The notes below the pieces were generated by a model. The model had not been told where the DNA came from, made no database searches, and saw nothing but the letters and a program-made list of their open reading frames with translations. A stretch of DNA of 64,000 nucleotides from Nitrosopumilus sp. (GTDB taxonomy: Archaea > Thermoproteota > Nitrososphaeria > Nitrososphaerales > Nitrosopumilaceae): assembly GCA_965207075.1 (NCBI GenBank), contig CBDBLO010000002.1:1984001-2048000 (forward strand). The letters run 5' to 3'. The translations under genes were made by a program, and so were the position numbers. Shown one piece after another: positions 32,963 to 43,145 of the stretch (its first letter is position 1; each line of letters begins with the position of its first letter).

Positions 32963-33312
32963 ATGTCCCAGTGTCCTCCTCGCTCTACGATGGTCGGAGT
33001 GTTCATTCCCTGTTTGGCACGAGGTTCAGTCTTGGAGCGCTGCGCGTTCGCGTTCCCGGCCGGTGTTCGCCATGGGCGCGCCGGCTCAATGCCGCCCGCC
33101 GTGTCATGCGTATACGTCACCGCCCTCGTCGGTTACCTCCGAGGACGGTCAATCGCCTCCCTCTCCGGCCAACAGGCAGCCAAACTCAATCACCACTCCC
33201 GCTGGAAACTTACAATCCCAGACATTTCATGAGGCGCGCAGTTACCGTTCAACGTTCTCGCGCACCAACCGCATGTGTCGGTATCAACGTGTTCCCCATC
33301 GGTAACTCGCAC
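32915..33312 (-). mobile_element. Probable group II intron 5' fragment (domain I only)
   Basis: Begins GTGCG; contains TTGTAAGTTTCCAGCGGGAGTGGTGATT and AAGACTGAACCTC, which I recall as IIB domain I-like; no RT ORF or domain V seen. Confidence 0.5.
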
Positions 33313-33494
33313 TCCATTCTTGGCGCAGGTCGCCCGGGGCATCCGTGACCCTACTACCGTCAGCCGGTCCAGAACACGAGGCGTCTCGGGCATGTCCAGC
33401 GGCCTGCCCCGGGCTCCGTCCAGAACCGAGCACCTACGCATCCTGTCGGCTCGGTCGGCTCCGCCGATCCCAAGGGGGCTCCGGACACAGGTTC

Positions 33495-33562
33495 GGCAGG
33501 CGTCAGGCACGGAAGTCGACAATGTTGTCGACTTTGTCGACTTTGGCAGGCGTCAGGCACGG
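33495..33562. repeat. 18-bp direct repeats enclosing a perfect inverted repeat
   Basis: GGCAGGCGTCAGGCACGG at 33495 and 33545; AAGTCGACAA-TG-TTGTCGACTT between them. Confidence 0.85.
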
Positions 33563-33755
33563 TTCGCAGACTTGAATCTACACAAGGCCGGCTTTTCTAC
33601 GATTGGGTATCACTCTGACTGCATCCTCAATCGCAGATACTTGCCAAGCAGTGGCATGACAAGTTCCACGCCGGACTTGCATATCGTGTCCCGCTAATGT
33701 ATGCGATTCCAGCGGGACGGCTTGCCGTCCATGTGACGGCCGGCAGTCCTTGGTT

Positions 33756-34847
33756 TTAGCACTGGCATTTGTCCTTGACGCTTTTGAGATCCTCAAGGTA
33801 CATGCCTTCCTTCTTGTATTCGTTGATTACGGACACGTCCTTGCTCAACCTCATCCCAATGTGGTTTGCAATCACGGCAAACCTCTGCTGAAACTTGTAG
33901 ATAAAGCAGAAGATCGTGTTGTGCTGCTGTAGCAACGGCCCCGTCACATAGAGGCCCGGGGTCTTTGTGGACTCGTCATAGGAATTCAACAGTGCCTTTT
34001 CCTCTTCCCAGTGGAACATCTCCTTGATCAGCGAGAGGCCTCCCGTAAAACCGGTGGCAAGGATCGGCCTTGTCTTTGACCGGATCTTTGTTTTCCCCGT
34101 CGAAATTACAAACTCGTCGTGCTTTTTTGCCACCTGGGTCACGCGCCCGATGAATATTTTTACCGTCTCGGCAGAGTTGACCCTTCTCAGCCTGTCCTTT
34201 GTGTACGGGGATATTATCCTACTGGGATCTATTTCATCACTGTCAAGCAGGTTCTTCGTGTCGATTATCGTGACCCGCTTGTCGCGCTCTGCAAGATTAA
34301 TCGCAGTATCCATGCCGCTTTCATAACCGCCTATGACAAAAAAATCGTCACCCTTAACCTCGTCCCAGTTGGTAATCAGGCTGTTGTGTATGCAGTACTC
34401 TGCACCCGGAAACGAGTTGTCCCTCGGGTATTGGAACTCCCCCGCCGCCCAGATTAGAAACATGGTCTCTATCTTCCCCTTGTCGGTGTCCAGGACAAAT
34501 CCACCCTCTGTCTTTAGCACCGAATTTACATTGATGCCGGTCCGGATTGGCAGCTTGAAGTGCTTTGAGAGGTTCTGTAGGTACGTCGCATACTCCTGCC
34601 CGCTGGGATGCTCCGTCTGCAGCGTCAGTGCAGGCGAGGTGTCGTATGTTATTGCGTTGAGATCTATCATCTTGAAGGTGTTGCTAAAGAACGAGGGAGT
34701 CAGCAGCTTCATCTGCTTTGGCCATTTGAGAAAGGAACTGCCGACGGCATTGCGTTCCAGGACTGTAAAGTTGATCCCCAACTTTTTCAGTATTATTGAC
34801 ACGCCTATTCCCGACGGTCCTGCACCCACCACGACTGTTTCAAACAC
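33756..34847 (-). CDS. NAD(P)/FAD-dependent oxidoreductase (pyridine nucleotide-disulfide-like); start probably GTG 34847
   Basis: VVVGAGPSG, IWAAGEFQYP, VIGGYESGMD, ILATGF, FCFIYKF, C-terminal CQC. Confidence 0.88.
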   Translation of the reverse strand: MFETVVVGAGPSGIGVSIILKKLGINFTVLERNAVGSSFLKWPKQMKLLTPSFFSNTFKMIDLNAITYDTSPALTLQTEHPSGQEYATYLQNLSKHFKLPIRTGINVNSVLKTEGGFVLDTDKGKIETMFLIWAAGEFQYPRDNSFPGAEYCIHNSLITNWDEVKGDDFFVIGGYESGMDTAINLAERDKRVTIIDTKNLLDSDEIDPSRIISPYTKDRLRRVNSAETVKIFIGRVTQVAKKHDEFVISTGKTKIRSKTRPILATGFTGGLSLIKEMFHWEEEKALLNSYDESTKTPGLYVTGPLLQQHNTIFCFIYKFQQRFAVIANHIGMRLSKDVSVINEYKKEGMYLEDLKSVKDKCQC

Positions 34848-35205
34848 TAGTTGCGGTCTGGGCAATAATGTTATTAATGTTTGGATTTTTTTTATCAAAA
34901 AATATTAATATTATTCAAAATCTTAATAAACAGAGGCGCCACGGGGGTATTGGGAGCATGAAGGTTGTAACATCGAGGCTGGAAGGAATGCAGGCATTAC
35001 CGAACCGGAGGCTGTCCGGTCCGGGGGCGGGCGCGGGGTGCTGGGAGACGGGGGCCCTGCGGCAGGCCTGGCAGCATCTCGGATGCCAGAAAGGGCCGAG
35101 GCCTGCAGGACGAGATGACTGCGGGGTGCCTGAGGCGAGAGCCAAGACGCATGTCCCAAGGACTGACTTGTTGCAGATCTGAAATGACCGCGCAGAGCTC
35201 TACAA

Positions 35206-35792
35206 TGGGAAAGTCGGCCCACATCCACACGATGCGCGTCCCCAAGCGCCTTCAGAAGGAGTGGAAAAAACTGTTTACAAAGCAGCTGTACTGCATGGGA
35301 CAAGACATACGGCACGGAGACAACCTGCTGCTGCGGTACGGCTTTACAAGACAGAGGCCCCCGAACCCGGACATGGGAAGCAGCCAGTATTCGCTCATTA
35401 CACAGAACGGGCAGGTACTTTTGTGGGGTTTTGGAATGATGTTTTCTGCAAAAAACGACGGATTGTTCTTGTGGCGCCACGAGTTTGAACCGAAATTCGT
35501 CAGGGTCAGCTCGCTCCTGCCCAACACGTGGAGCTGTGACCAGCTTCCGCGACGCACAATGCCAAAAACCGCGGAGGAGGCGCTGCGGATGCTGCAGATG
35601 CTCGTTGAATCCATGAGGTGGCTGGAAAGCTATGAAAACTGGGTGCATGCCACGTGCGGACAGTCATACCGCAGCAAGTCACTGCAGAGAGAGTATGCAT
35701 CCGATCCGGTCCAGCGCATGGACGAGGCGTGGCGCAAACTGTCTGAGGAGTTTGCAAAAATCCTAAAAACCCAGGCTGGGGCCACGCCATGA
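35206..35792 (+). CDS. Hypothetical protein
   Basis: Open frame 35115-35792 with globular composition (QLYCMGQDIRHGDNLLLRYGF, VLLWGFG); start chosen at ATG 35206. Confidence 0.65.
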
Positions 35793-35822
35793 CATGGCTG
35801 GACCGGCCGTGGACCGTTTTGG

Positions 35823-37460
35823 TCAAATCTGAAGAAAGGCATTCCAAAGTTTGTCAGAATGCGCCAGCAGCAGCGTAAACGCGACGGCTGCAATGATCTG
35901 TTTTGCCGCCATCCTGACTGCAAACTTCCACGACATCTCGCGCACTATGGTCAGGAAAGTCACGATGCACGGCAGCAGCGTCCCGGCCAGGTAGACGCCC
36001 GTCAGTACCTGCAGCGCCGAAAGCGAGTCCGCCATGCCGGGTTCGGCAAGAAGCAGCAGCCCGTCCTTCCGGATGGAGCCGAACATTACTGCAAGCGCCG
36101 AGTCCCCCGGCAGGTTGAACAGGCTCATTATGAGGCCAAGCTCCCCTGCAAGAAGGGCTATGACGCCCGTCCAGTTCAGGAGGGATGCGACAAACGTGAT
36201 CGCAAAAAAGACCGGGAGTGCCGTCCTGAAGAACTGCGTTATGCTCTGCCTTGACTCCCTCCAGGTGGAGCTGAACGTGGGCCTCTCAAAGAACACCTGG
36301 CCGTCAATCACCGGCATGCCAAGCTTGGAGCGGTTCTTCCTTGTACTGACCAGCCGGGAGTAGACAACGGTGGTTCCGGCCAGGTAGATCAGGAACGGAA
36401 CCACCAGCCACGGCATGCCGGACGCGGCCAAGACCGCGATGGTCGCACCAAACTGATACGAACACGCAGAGCCGAAGCTTATTGCCGAGACGGTCGTGCC
36501 CCTAGAGCAGCCTGAACAGGACCTGCTGCTGATTACAGCAGGCACGTTGCAGCCAAAACCCATCACTATTCTGGTCACGTCCCTTCCACTCACCCCGATC
36601 CTTCTTACCAGCGGATGAATCGCCAGTGACGTGCGGTCCAGCAGCCCTGTCGACTTGTAGACACCGAGCAGCAGCGAGTATATGGTAATTGTCGGCGCCG
36701 CCCAGACAAAGAGGAACGGGCCCATGGAAAAGAGCCCGTATTCCCCGGCAAGGATGTACGTCAGCAAAGGCGGCAACGGCAGTGCCTCCAGGCGCTCCAC
36801 CGGCCCTGCCATGAGATCTGCCACTATGGGGTGGACGAGGCCTGCAAAGTAATTGGCCCCTGCAACTGACAGTATAGAAGGGGCCAGCAGCGACGCCATC
36901 CCGATTACGATCCCCATGTGCCTCTTTTCAAGGACCGTCGACTTGGGCCTGAGTGAGATTCCGGTGTGGAACGTCTTGTTTGAAAAGGTGCGGGGATTCT
37001 CTAGCGTCTTGCCGATCCTGCTCTTTTGAAACTCTGTGATCCTCCGCGCGTCGAGGGCAATTACGGGCATCCCCAGATCCCGCTCCAGCTGCTCAATTAT
37101 GGCAGCATTCTTTGAATTCGCCACCCTGTCCCAATTCGTCACTATTATCGCCCCCTTTTTGGCCTTGACCAATGAAAAGAGGTACTCGAGATCCTCATCC
37201 ATGCTTGTGGCACGGACGACAAGCAGTATGGAATCGTCCTCCTGCATTGACGCGATTGCAGTCCTTGTCGTTTCACTGTCAGAGTCAAAAACTATTCCCG
37301 GCGTGTCTACAAAGTCGAACCTGTTGCCGCTGTAGGATTCACTTGAGATCGTAGAGCCCCTGATGTTGCTGCCCCCCGCATCCTTTCCTGTAAGCGACGA
37401 GATTAGCTGTGATTTTCCAACTCCCTCCTTTCCAATTACTATGAATCTGGGAACGTTCAT
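35823..37460 (-). CDS. FeoB-like GTPase plus Gate-domain metal transporter
   Basis: GKEGVGKS, DTPG, TNWD, multiple TM helices, MGFGCNVPA, LLPC. Confidence 0.85.
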   Translation of the reverse strand: MNVPRFIVIGKEGVGKSQLISSLTGKDAGGSNIRGSTISSESYSGNRFDFVDTPGIVFDSDSETTRTAIASMQEDDSILLVVRATSMDEDLEYLFSLVKAKKGAIIVTNWDRVANSKNAAIIEQLERDLGMPVIALDARRITEFQKSRIGKTLENPRTFSNKTFHTGISLRPKSTVLEKRHMGIVIGMASLLAPSILSVAGANYFAGLVHPIVADLMAGPVERLEALPLPPLLTYILAGEYGLFSMGPFLFVWAAPTITIYSLLLGVYKSTGLLDRTSLAIHPLVRRIGVSGRDVTRIVMGFGCNVPAVISSRSCSGCSRGTTVSAISFGSACSYQFGATIAVLAASGMPWLVVPFLIYLAGTTVVYSRLVSTRKNRSKLGMPVIDGQVFFERPTFSSTWRESRQSITQFFRTALPVFFAITFVASLLNWTGVIALLAGELGLIMSLFNLPGDSALAVMFGSIRKDGLLLLAEPGMADSLSALQVLTGVYLAGTLLPCIVTFLTIVREMSWKFAVRMAAKQIIAAVAFTLLLAHSDKLWNAFLQI

Positions 37461-37489
37461 TGCAGATCATAAAAAGGTGGGAGCGCGGA

Positions 37490-37741
37490 CTAGCCGCATG
37501 GTGCGTTCTTAATCTGAGGGGTCCCGCTCATGGCGTGATGCCAGTCAATCCTCTGCCCCCTGTCCCCAAAGGTCGCGTCATCCATTTTGGAAAGCCAGGC
37601 CTGGAAAGGGATGCGGCTCCCAGACACGCTAACACCGTACACCCTTCCCATGCCGGCGTAGACATTTGGAACTTTATGCATCCGGTCCTGCGCCCTGCCG
37701 ATCTCTTCAACTTCAAGATTTACTTGGAATGTCTTGGTCAT
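37490..37741 (-). CDS. Small hypothetical protein upstream of the FeoB-like gene
   Basis: ATG about 30 nt downstream of an AT-rich TATA-like tract; ends 30 nt before the FeoB-like start. Confidence 0.4.
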   Translation of the reverse strand: MTKTFQVNLEVEEIGRAQDRMHKVPNVYAGMGRVYGVSVSGSRIPFQAWLSKMDDATFGDRGQRIDWHHAMSGTPQIKNAPCG

Positions 37742-38015
37742 GCCACTGGTATCGGCCCGGCACTATTTATATATTATTAAATATTTCAGAATCTTTCATA
37801 GTTATTATTAAAAATCATTAGATTATTAATATCATGGAGCACAGGGGCGGGCGGTTCATGGCAATGCTAGGGTGATGCAGGCACAGGATGGGAGTGCCCC
37901 CCGCATTGCCGTGCTGGACACATTCCGGTCCACCATCTACAGGGCGCGGACCGCGTTGCGTTTGACAGTGTCAGGCCAGCCTCCGACACGGTTCTAGTGC
38001 AGGCGGGGTGCCGGG

Positions 38016-38270
38016 TTAGTACTCAACGCCCATGGCCGATCCTTTCAAATGTTTCACCACATCCCAGACGCTCCCACCCCCAGTCTCATGCCAGAGAATC
38101 CCGAAGTACTTTTGAAACTCGTACGTGACCACGGGGCCACAGCCGTTGTCAGATCCCAACCAACTGGGTTGGGGCCCGTCAACAAATATGCACATGCTGG
38201 GCCCGGTCAAGCCAGCCCAGGCGGCAAAGCCTGCAGAAGCCAGTATCGTAATCTTGTACCTTCTCTTCAA
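38016..38270 (-). CDS. Small secreted/membrane hypothetical protein
   Basis: KRRYK plus hydrophobic N-terminus. Confidence 0.45.
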   Translation of the reverse strand: MKRRYKITILASAGFAAWAGLTGPSMCIFVDGPQPSWLGSDNGCGPVVTYEFQKYFGILWHETGGGSVWDVVKHLKGSAMGVEY

Positions 38271-38505
38271 CCATTTCGGCTAAAGCCGGGGCACTCATAA
38301 AGAATTCTCAACTTGAGCGTCATTTCCCAGAAGATGTTGGATAATCACAGTCATTTGGAATCTCAAGCACTATTGGCATGATTACCTGGGCCTGTTGACT
38401 GCGCGTATCACTGTGTGGGGCTGGGAGGGCGCGGACGAACGCGTATCTCCTCTTAGCAACTGTTCATTTTAAAGACTTATAGAAACGGCTCCGCACAAAT
38501 CCGTA

Positions 38506-39885
38506 TTGAATAAAGTTGCAATATATGCCATCGTCGGGGCCGTGATTGCAATAGGGATTGCAGCTGCGGCCGTTTCGTACCCAGCCGACGAGCCCGCAGA
38601 CATGGACGCCGACATGCAGCCGGAGGATGCCGCCACGACGGTGCCAGAAAATGCAGGGGCGCCCGGCGATGTCAACGAGACGGCAGACGAGGACACGGAT
38701 GACGGGAGAGACAGCGGGGCCGATGGCGACAGCAGCGCGGCGTCATCAGACACAAGGACGGTAGACGTCGGGGCGCTGATCCCGGTAACCGGGGACCTGG
38801 CAAGCTACGGGATCGACACGAGATACGGGCTGGACATGGCATTGGACCACTTCAACGCATACCTGCAGGACAAGGGGGCGGACTGGCGCATGAGGCTCGT
38901 CGCGGAAGACACGCAGACCAACCCGATCACCGCCCTTGAAAAGATACAGTCGCTTGACGCCAAGGGGATAAAGTACATACTGGGGCCGTCGTCGAGCGCG
39001 GAGATCCGCAACATCATGGCGTACGTGAACTCCAACAACATGCTGCTGATATCGCCCTCGTCCACGTCGCCCAAGCTGGCAATCCCGGGCGACAACATAT
39101 TCAGGTTTGTCCCCGACGACAGCAAGCAGGGCACCGTGATAGCGGCGCTGCTAGAAGACCGCGGCATCAAGGCCATAGTAGCCGTATACCGCGGCGACAT
39201 ATGGGGCGACGGGCTGTTTGAGACGGCGGCGGCCGCGTTTGAGGACAGGGGCGGCGTCGTGGCAGAGGGCATACGCTACAACCCGGAGATAACCACGTTC
39301 TCCTCGGAGATGCACGCGCTCTCGAGTCTGGTGGCCCAGCTGCACGACACGTACGAGCGCGGCGAGGTAGGCGTCCTCCTCATAAGTTTCGACGAGGCGT
39401 CGCACATGTTCAACTCCGCGGTCGAGTACGAGAACCTGCGAAGCATACAGTGGATCGGCTCCGAGGGGGTCACGGGGGCGCACACCATCACGGACGACGA
39501 GCGCGCGGCCAAGTTTGCGGAGGATACCAGGCTAATGGCGCTGCAGTTCTCTGCGTCGGACAACGAGGTGTTCAGGGACGTCAGGGATGAGTTTGAGAGG
39601 CGGTCGGGCGCCACCCCCAACAACAACTACATCTACGCGTCGTATGACAGCCTGTGGGCGCTGGGCCTCGCGATGGAGGCGGCGGGGCCTGACGTGCAGG
39701 ACATCATAGAGCAGCTCCCAGATACCGTCACCGGGCGCACCGGTGCGCTGGGTGACGTCACGTTCAACGAGGCGGGGGACCTGGACGTCACGGACTATGA
39801 GTTTCTGATAGTTGCAGACGGCGAGTGGGCGCCCGCGGCCAGGTATGACGCGGCCACGGGTGAGATTGTGGACTATCACCAATAG
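38506..39885 (+). CDS. Liv-type ABC substrate-binding protein (orphan paralogue)
   Basis: N-terminal TM anchor, acidic linker, VGALIPVTGDLAS, SPSSTSPKL, FRFVPDD; clearly homologous to 49063-52740. Confidence 0.9.
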   Translation: MNKVAIYAIVGAVIAIGIAAAAVSYPADEPADMDADMQPEDAATTVPENAGAPGDVNETADEDTDDGRDSGADGDSSAASSDTRTVDVGALIPVTGDLASYGIDTRYGLDMALDHFNAYLQDKGADWRMRLVAEDTQTNPITALEKIQSLDAKGIKYILGPSSSAEIRNIMAYVNSNNMLLISPSSTSPKLAIPGDNIFRFVPDDSKQGTVIAALLEDRGIKAIVAVYRGDIWGDGLFETAAAAFEDRGGVVAEGIRYNPEITTFSSEMHALSSLVAQLHDTYERGEVGVLLISFDEASHMFNSAVEYENLRSIQWIGSEGVTGAHTITDDERAAKFAEDTRLMALQFSASDNEVFRDVRDEFERRSGATPNNNYIYASYDSLWALGLAMEAAGPDVQDIIEQLPDTVTGRTGALGDVTFNEAGDLDVTDYEFLIVADGEWAPAARYDAATGEIVDYHQ

Positions 39886-40638
39886 GCGGCACCGGCAGCC
39901 GCGCGGCACGCGCGGGGGTGTGATGATGGAAGGAGGCACAGGTGCAGGCACGCAACCGCCGTACGTCATACGTGCCGTGCGTAGCGCTAGTTTAGAAATT
40001 CCATCCCGTACGTCGGGCTCAGAGTCGATGATGTCATAGTTCAGCAGGAGCTCGTACGGCTACGTCCAGCAGCGGAGGCGTGCCAAACTCCATGGGAACT
40101 GCCGTCACGCCGCTGCCATAGTCATTACTCGGTTGGCCAGCATGCTCCTTGTCATGAACTCCGACTCGTCTCCGGCGCACCGGACGTCTTTCCCAGTCCC
40201 GCGGCTCGCGATTCCGGGCTCCCTTAGCGCCATCGGCGCAAGCGGGCCCTGCCTGCATGTGACTACCAGGGCGCGCGTCGGCGCCCGTAACCCTAGTCCG
40301 CGGCGCCTGCAACCGCGTCCCCAACGGACGTGCCCTCAAAGTCGAACGACCCTATGATGACTGCCACGCCGTTGTCCAGATGGCATCCCTTCCGGTCGGC
40401 CGTGTAAACGCCCGCAAGCTGCGCCTGACCCGCCCGCCTGAGCTTTGCCGCCGTCACCATCTCGGCAGGGTCACCGTCGGCCGTAGACAGGGACGGGACT
40501 GGATCCCGCCACAGCAACGACAATCACGATTGCGAGTATGGCCTTGCTCTGCCCGCGAGGCGAACAAGCGGAGAGGCTTGTTAATTGCCAGTAACAGACA
40601 GGCACGTCCTGCAAATAAGAAACCCCGGCACGCCGTGA

Positions 40639-42087
40639 TCAGCGGCACACGTTGGGAGGAGCCAGCGCCACCCAGTCGTAGACGCCGTCGGCGACCTCGA
40701 CCACGTGGTATACGACGTACGCCCTGGTTTCAGTCAGGTCACCCGTCGCCGGATCCAGCATGTAGTCGCCCATCGCCCCCTCGCCCAGGATTCTGTTTTC
40801 GTGGGGCACCGGGTCCATGTTGTTGTTGGCCACGTCAAATATGACGGCCTTTAGGTCTGCACCATCACCATCAACGCCGCCGATTGCAAGGACGTCGGCC
40901 AAGAGGTGGACTGCATCGTACGAGGCAAAGTTGAAGTTTCTAAAGCCGGGGCTGAACGTCGGCAGTTCTGCGAGCGGGGCGTTGACGTCGGTGCTCGCAA
41001 TCTCGAATACAACGACGTTCATGTCTACACGATCGGCAAATGCGGCGGCAGTTGGGTCGCCCGTAATGAAGGGAGAGTGTCCGAGATAATTGTAGCCAAA
41101 CCACTTTACGTCGTCTAGGACGGTCAGCTGCGGGTTGGCCGCAATGGCGTGGGCCATGGTAACGAAGGTGGGCGGCTGCGTGGCCGCGAATACCCCTATC
41201 CGATCACTGCCGTGCTGGTCAATCAGCGCGGTTAGATCGTCGTTCAGTTGGATCAGCGACTCGGTGTTAGCCGCCAAGTCGTTGAAACCATATATTGGAA
41301 TTGCGTCAGGCTGGTAGTGGTCGTGCAGGTCGTCTGGGAAGAAGCCCTGCTCTACGAGCGGCTCGAACGCCGCATCGGTGACTATAATCACGCTCCCGAC
41401 GCCCTGCCTGTCAAACTGCTCTAAGAGACGCTCGCCCTGCGTCGCAACGTTGGGCGCCAGCCTGAAGAGATTGTCGTCCGCGGCCAGGGAGGGTGGCAGG
41501 GTGGACTGAGATGCTGGCGATATGAGTATTGTATCTGACAGAGTTGGTATATTGTTTACGACCTGTTGGACTACAAAAAGGGCCTGATCGTCGGACGGGG
41601 CGATAAAGTGCTTGTAGCCGTCCTGGGCGGCGGCGCCAATCTGCTGTCCCACAAATAGCCCATGGGCCGGATCCGAAAAATTCCCCCTGATGTCAATAAA
41701 CTTTAGCTCCAGCTCTGCGTTGAAGTGAGCTGAGGATTCCTCATTCCAGGCATCCCGGGCCGCCTCCATTGCCAGGTTGGGGCCTTCCTCAAAGATGGGC
41801 AGGGATGCCGAGAGCACGCCGATCTTTATCTTCTCAGTGGTCTGCGCCATCGCCGCCTCCGACATGCCGACGGCGGCCAAGGCTGCCACGGCTACCACCG
41901 CTGCGATCAGCAGCTTGCCTGTGGCATGCGGGGCAGAGGCGGCCTTTGGGCCGCGCGCCAGTCTTGCCTGCGGTGTGTCTGAAAGATCGTACATGTATAC
42001 TGCTGTATCATCATTTAACTGGTTAATAACATTTGTGAACGAGCAGGCGCCGCCCAGATCACGCGCCGCAAAGTATGAACGCAGCAC
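40639..42087 (-). CDS. Divergent periplasmic-binding-protein type I (Liv-like) exported protein; true start probably near 41997
   Basis: Signal-like LLIAAVVAVAALAAVG..AMA, KIKIGVL, LISPAS, DNLFRLAPN, YDAVHLLA. Confidence 0.8.
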   Translation of the reverse strand: MLRSYFAARDLGGACSFTNVINQLNDDTAVYMYDLSDTPQARLARGPKAASAPHATGKLLIAAVVAVAALAAVGMSEAAMAQTTEKIKIGVLSASLPIFEEGPNLAMEAARDAWNEESSAHFNAELELKFIDIRGNFSDPAHGLFVGQQIGAAAQDGYKHFIAPSDDQALFVVQQVVNNIPTLSDTILISPASQSTLPPSLAADDNLFRLAPNVATQGERLLEQFDRQGVGSVIIVTDAAFEPLVEQGFFPDDLHDHYQPDAIPIYGFNDLAANTESLIQLNDDLTALIDQHGSDRIGVFAATQPPTFVTMAHAIAANPQLTVLDDVKWFGYNYLGHSPFITGDPTAAAFADRVDMNVVVFEIASTDVNAPLAELPTFSPGFRNFNFASYDAVHLLADVLAIGGVDGDGADLKAVIFDVANNNMDPVPHENRILGEGAMGDYMLDPATGDLTETRAYVVYHVVEVADGVYDWVALAPPNVCR

Positions 42088-42305
42088 CCTGCCTCAGACC
42101 CACCAAGACGGTCAAAAGGCCCCGCTCGACGGTCCCCTAATCTGCAGACATATGGGAACCAAGCCGCCGCTACGACGGCCGCCTTCGCGCCCGGCGCGTG
42201 CCGCGCGCAGTCCAAGGCGTCAAGCAGCATGATCCGCGTGCCGGATGCAGGCGCCGGATGGAGCCGACTGTCCATCGCCCCGTCATCCAGTATGCATACC
42301 GTGAG

Positions 42306-43145
42306 TCATCCCGCCTGCGCCGCGCTCCCGCCAAGCCATTCCGCGCACTCCCCGCTTATGCCGTCGGCCGACTCGCCTAGGAGTCGGCGCCCGGCCTCTG
42401 CCGTCGCGCCGGCCGGATCCCCCCAGACGCCGTTGCCGGTCGCCTCCGGGAACGACCGCTTTGCAAGCTCGGAGATCTCCCGGATTCGCTCCGGCGGCAT
42501 CCCGTCCGTTACCAGCCCCTTCTGCGCCAGGTCCATCCTCACCGAACCGGCAGATATTGCCAGCATCATGGAGGTCTCCGCAAACCCGGCGTGGCCCAGC
42601 TCCTGCTGCCGCTGCATGTAGCGCCAGTAGTTGAACACCCGAACTGCGGGCCCGCCACCGTTGCCAGTCGAATCCTTCACCAGGCGTTCAAGCCTGCCAA
42701 GCGCCTCCATGTTCCCGTGGTGCCCGTTTACTATGATTATATTACAGATGCCGCTCCCGTACAGCGACCCGCACAGGTCCGATATCATCTGGGACAGCGA
42801 GTCCGGGCTTGTGCTGGCATTGAAGAGCGGCGCATGCTCGTACGACACGCCGTACGCGATAACCGGCATCAACAGGTAGCCGTTCTGCTCGGCCACCATG
42901 CGGGACACCTCCGACGCGATGACAGAGTCAGTAGAGACCGGCAGGTGGGGACCGTGCTGCTCAAGCGAGCCGACGGGTATTACCGCTGTTGCTGCGGCAG
43001 CCACTGATGCCTTATCTGCTGCTGCTGTCGTCGTCGCGTCACGGACGCCGCCGCGCACGGATGCCTGGATTCCCGGATCGGTCATCCCCCATGCTTCACG
43101 GCGCGCATCCACGGGCGTCACCTCCGCACGTGCACCTTGCGCCAC
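42306..43145 (-). CDS. Creatininase/creatinine amidohydrolase family protein
   Basis: IPVGSLEQHGPHLPVSTD, NGHHGN, HAGFAETS, GVWGDP. Confidence 0.92.
   Translation of the reverse strand: MAQGARAEVTPVDARREAWGMTDPGIQASVRGGVRDATTTAAADKASVAAAATAVIPVGSLEQHGPHLPVSTDSVIASEVSRMVAEQNGYLLMPVIAYGVSYEHAPLFNASTSPDSLSQMISDLCGSLYGSGICNIIIVNGHHGNMEALGRLERLVKDSTGNGGGPAVRVFNYWRYMQRQQELGHAGFAETSMMLAISAGSVRMDLAQKGLVTDGMPPERIREISELAKRSFPEATGNGVWGDPAGATAEAGRRLLGESADGISGECAEWLGGSAAQAG

Noticed and set aside
39990-40530. Possible decayed gene on the minus strand
   Set aside because: Fragments look protein-like but I cannot assign a family.
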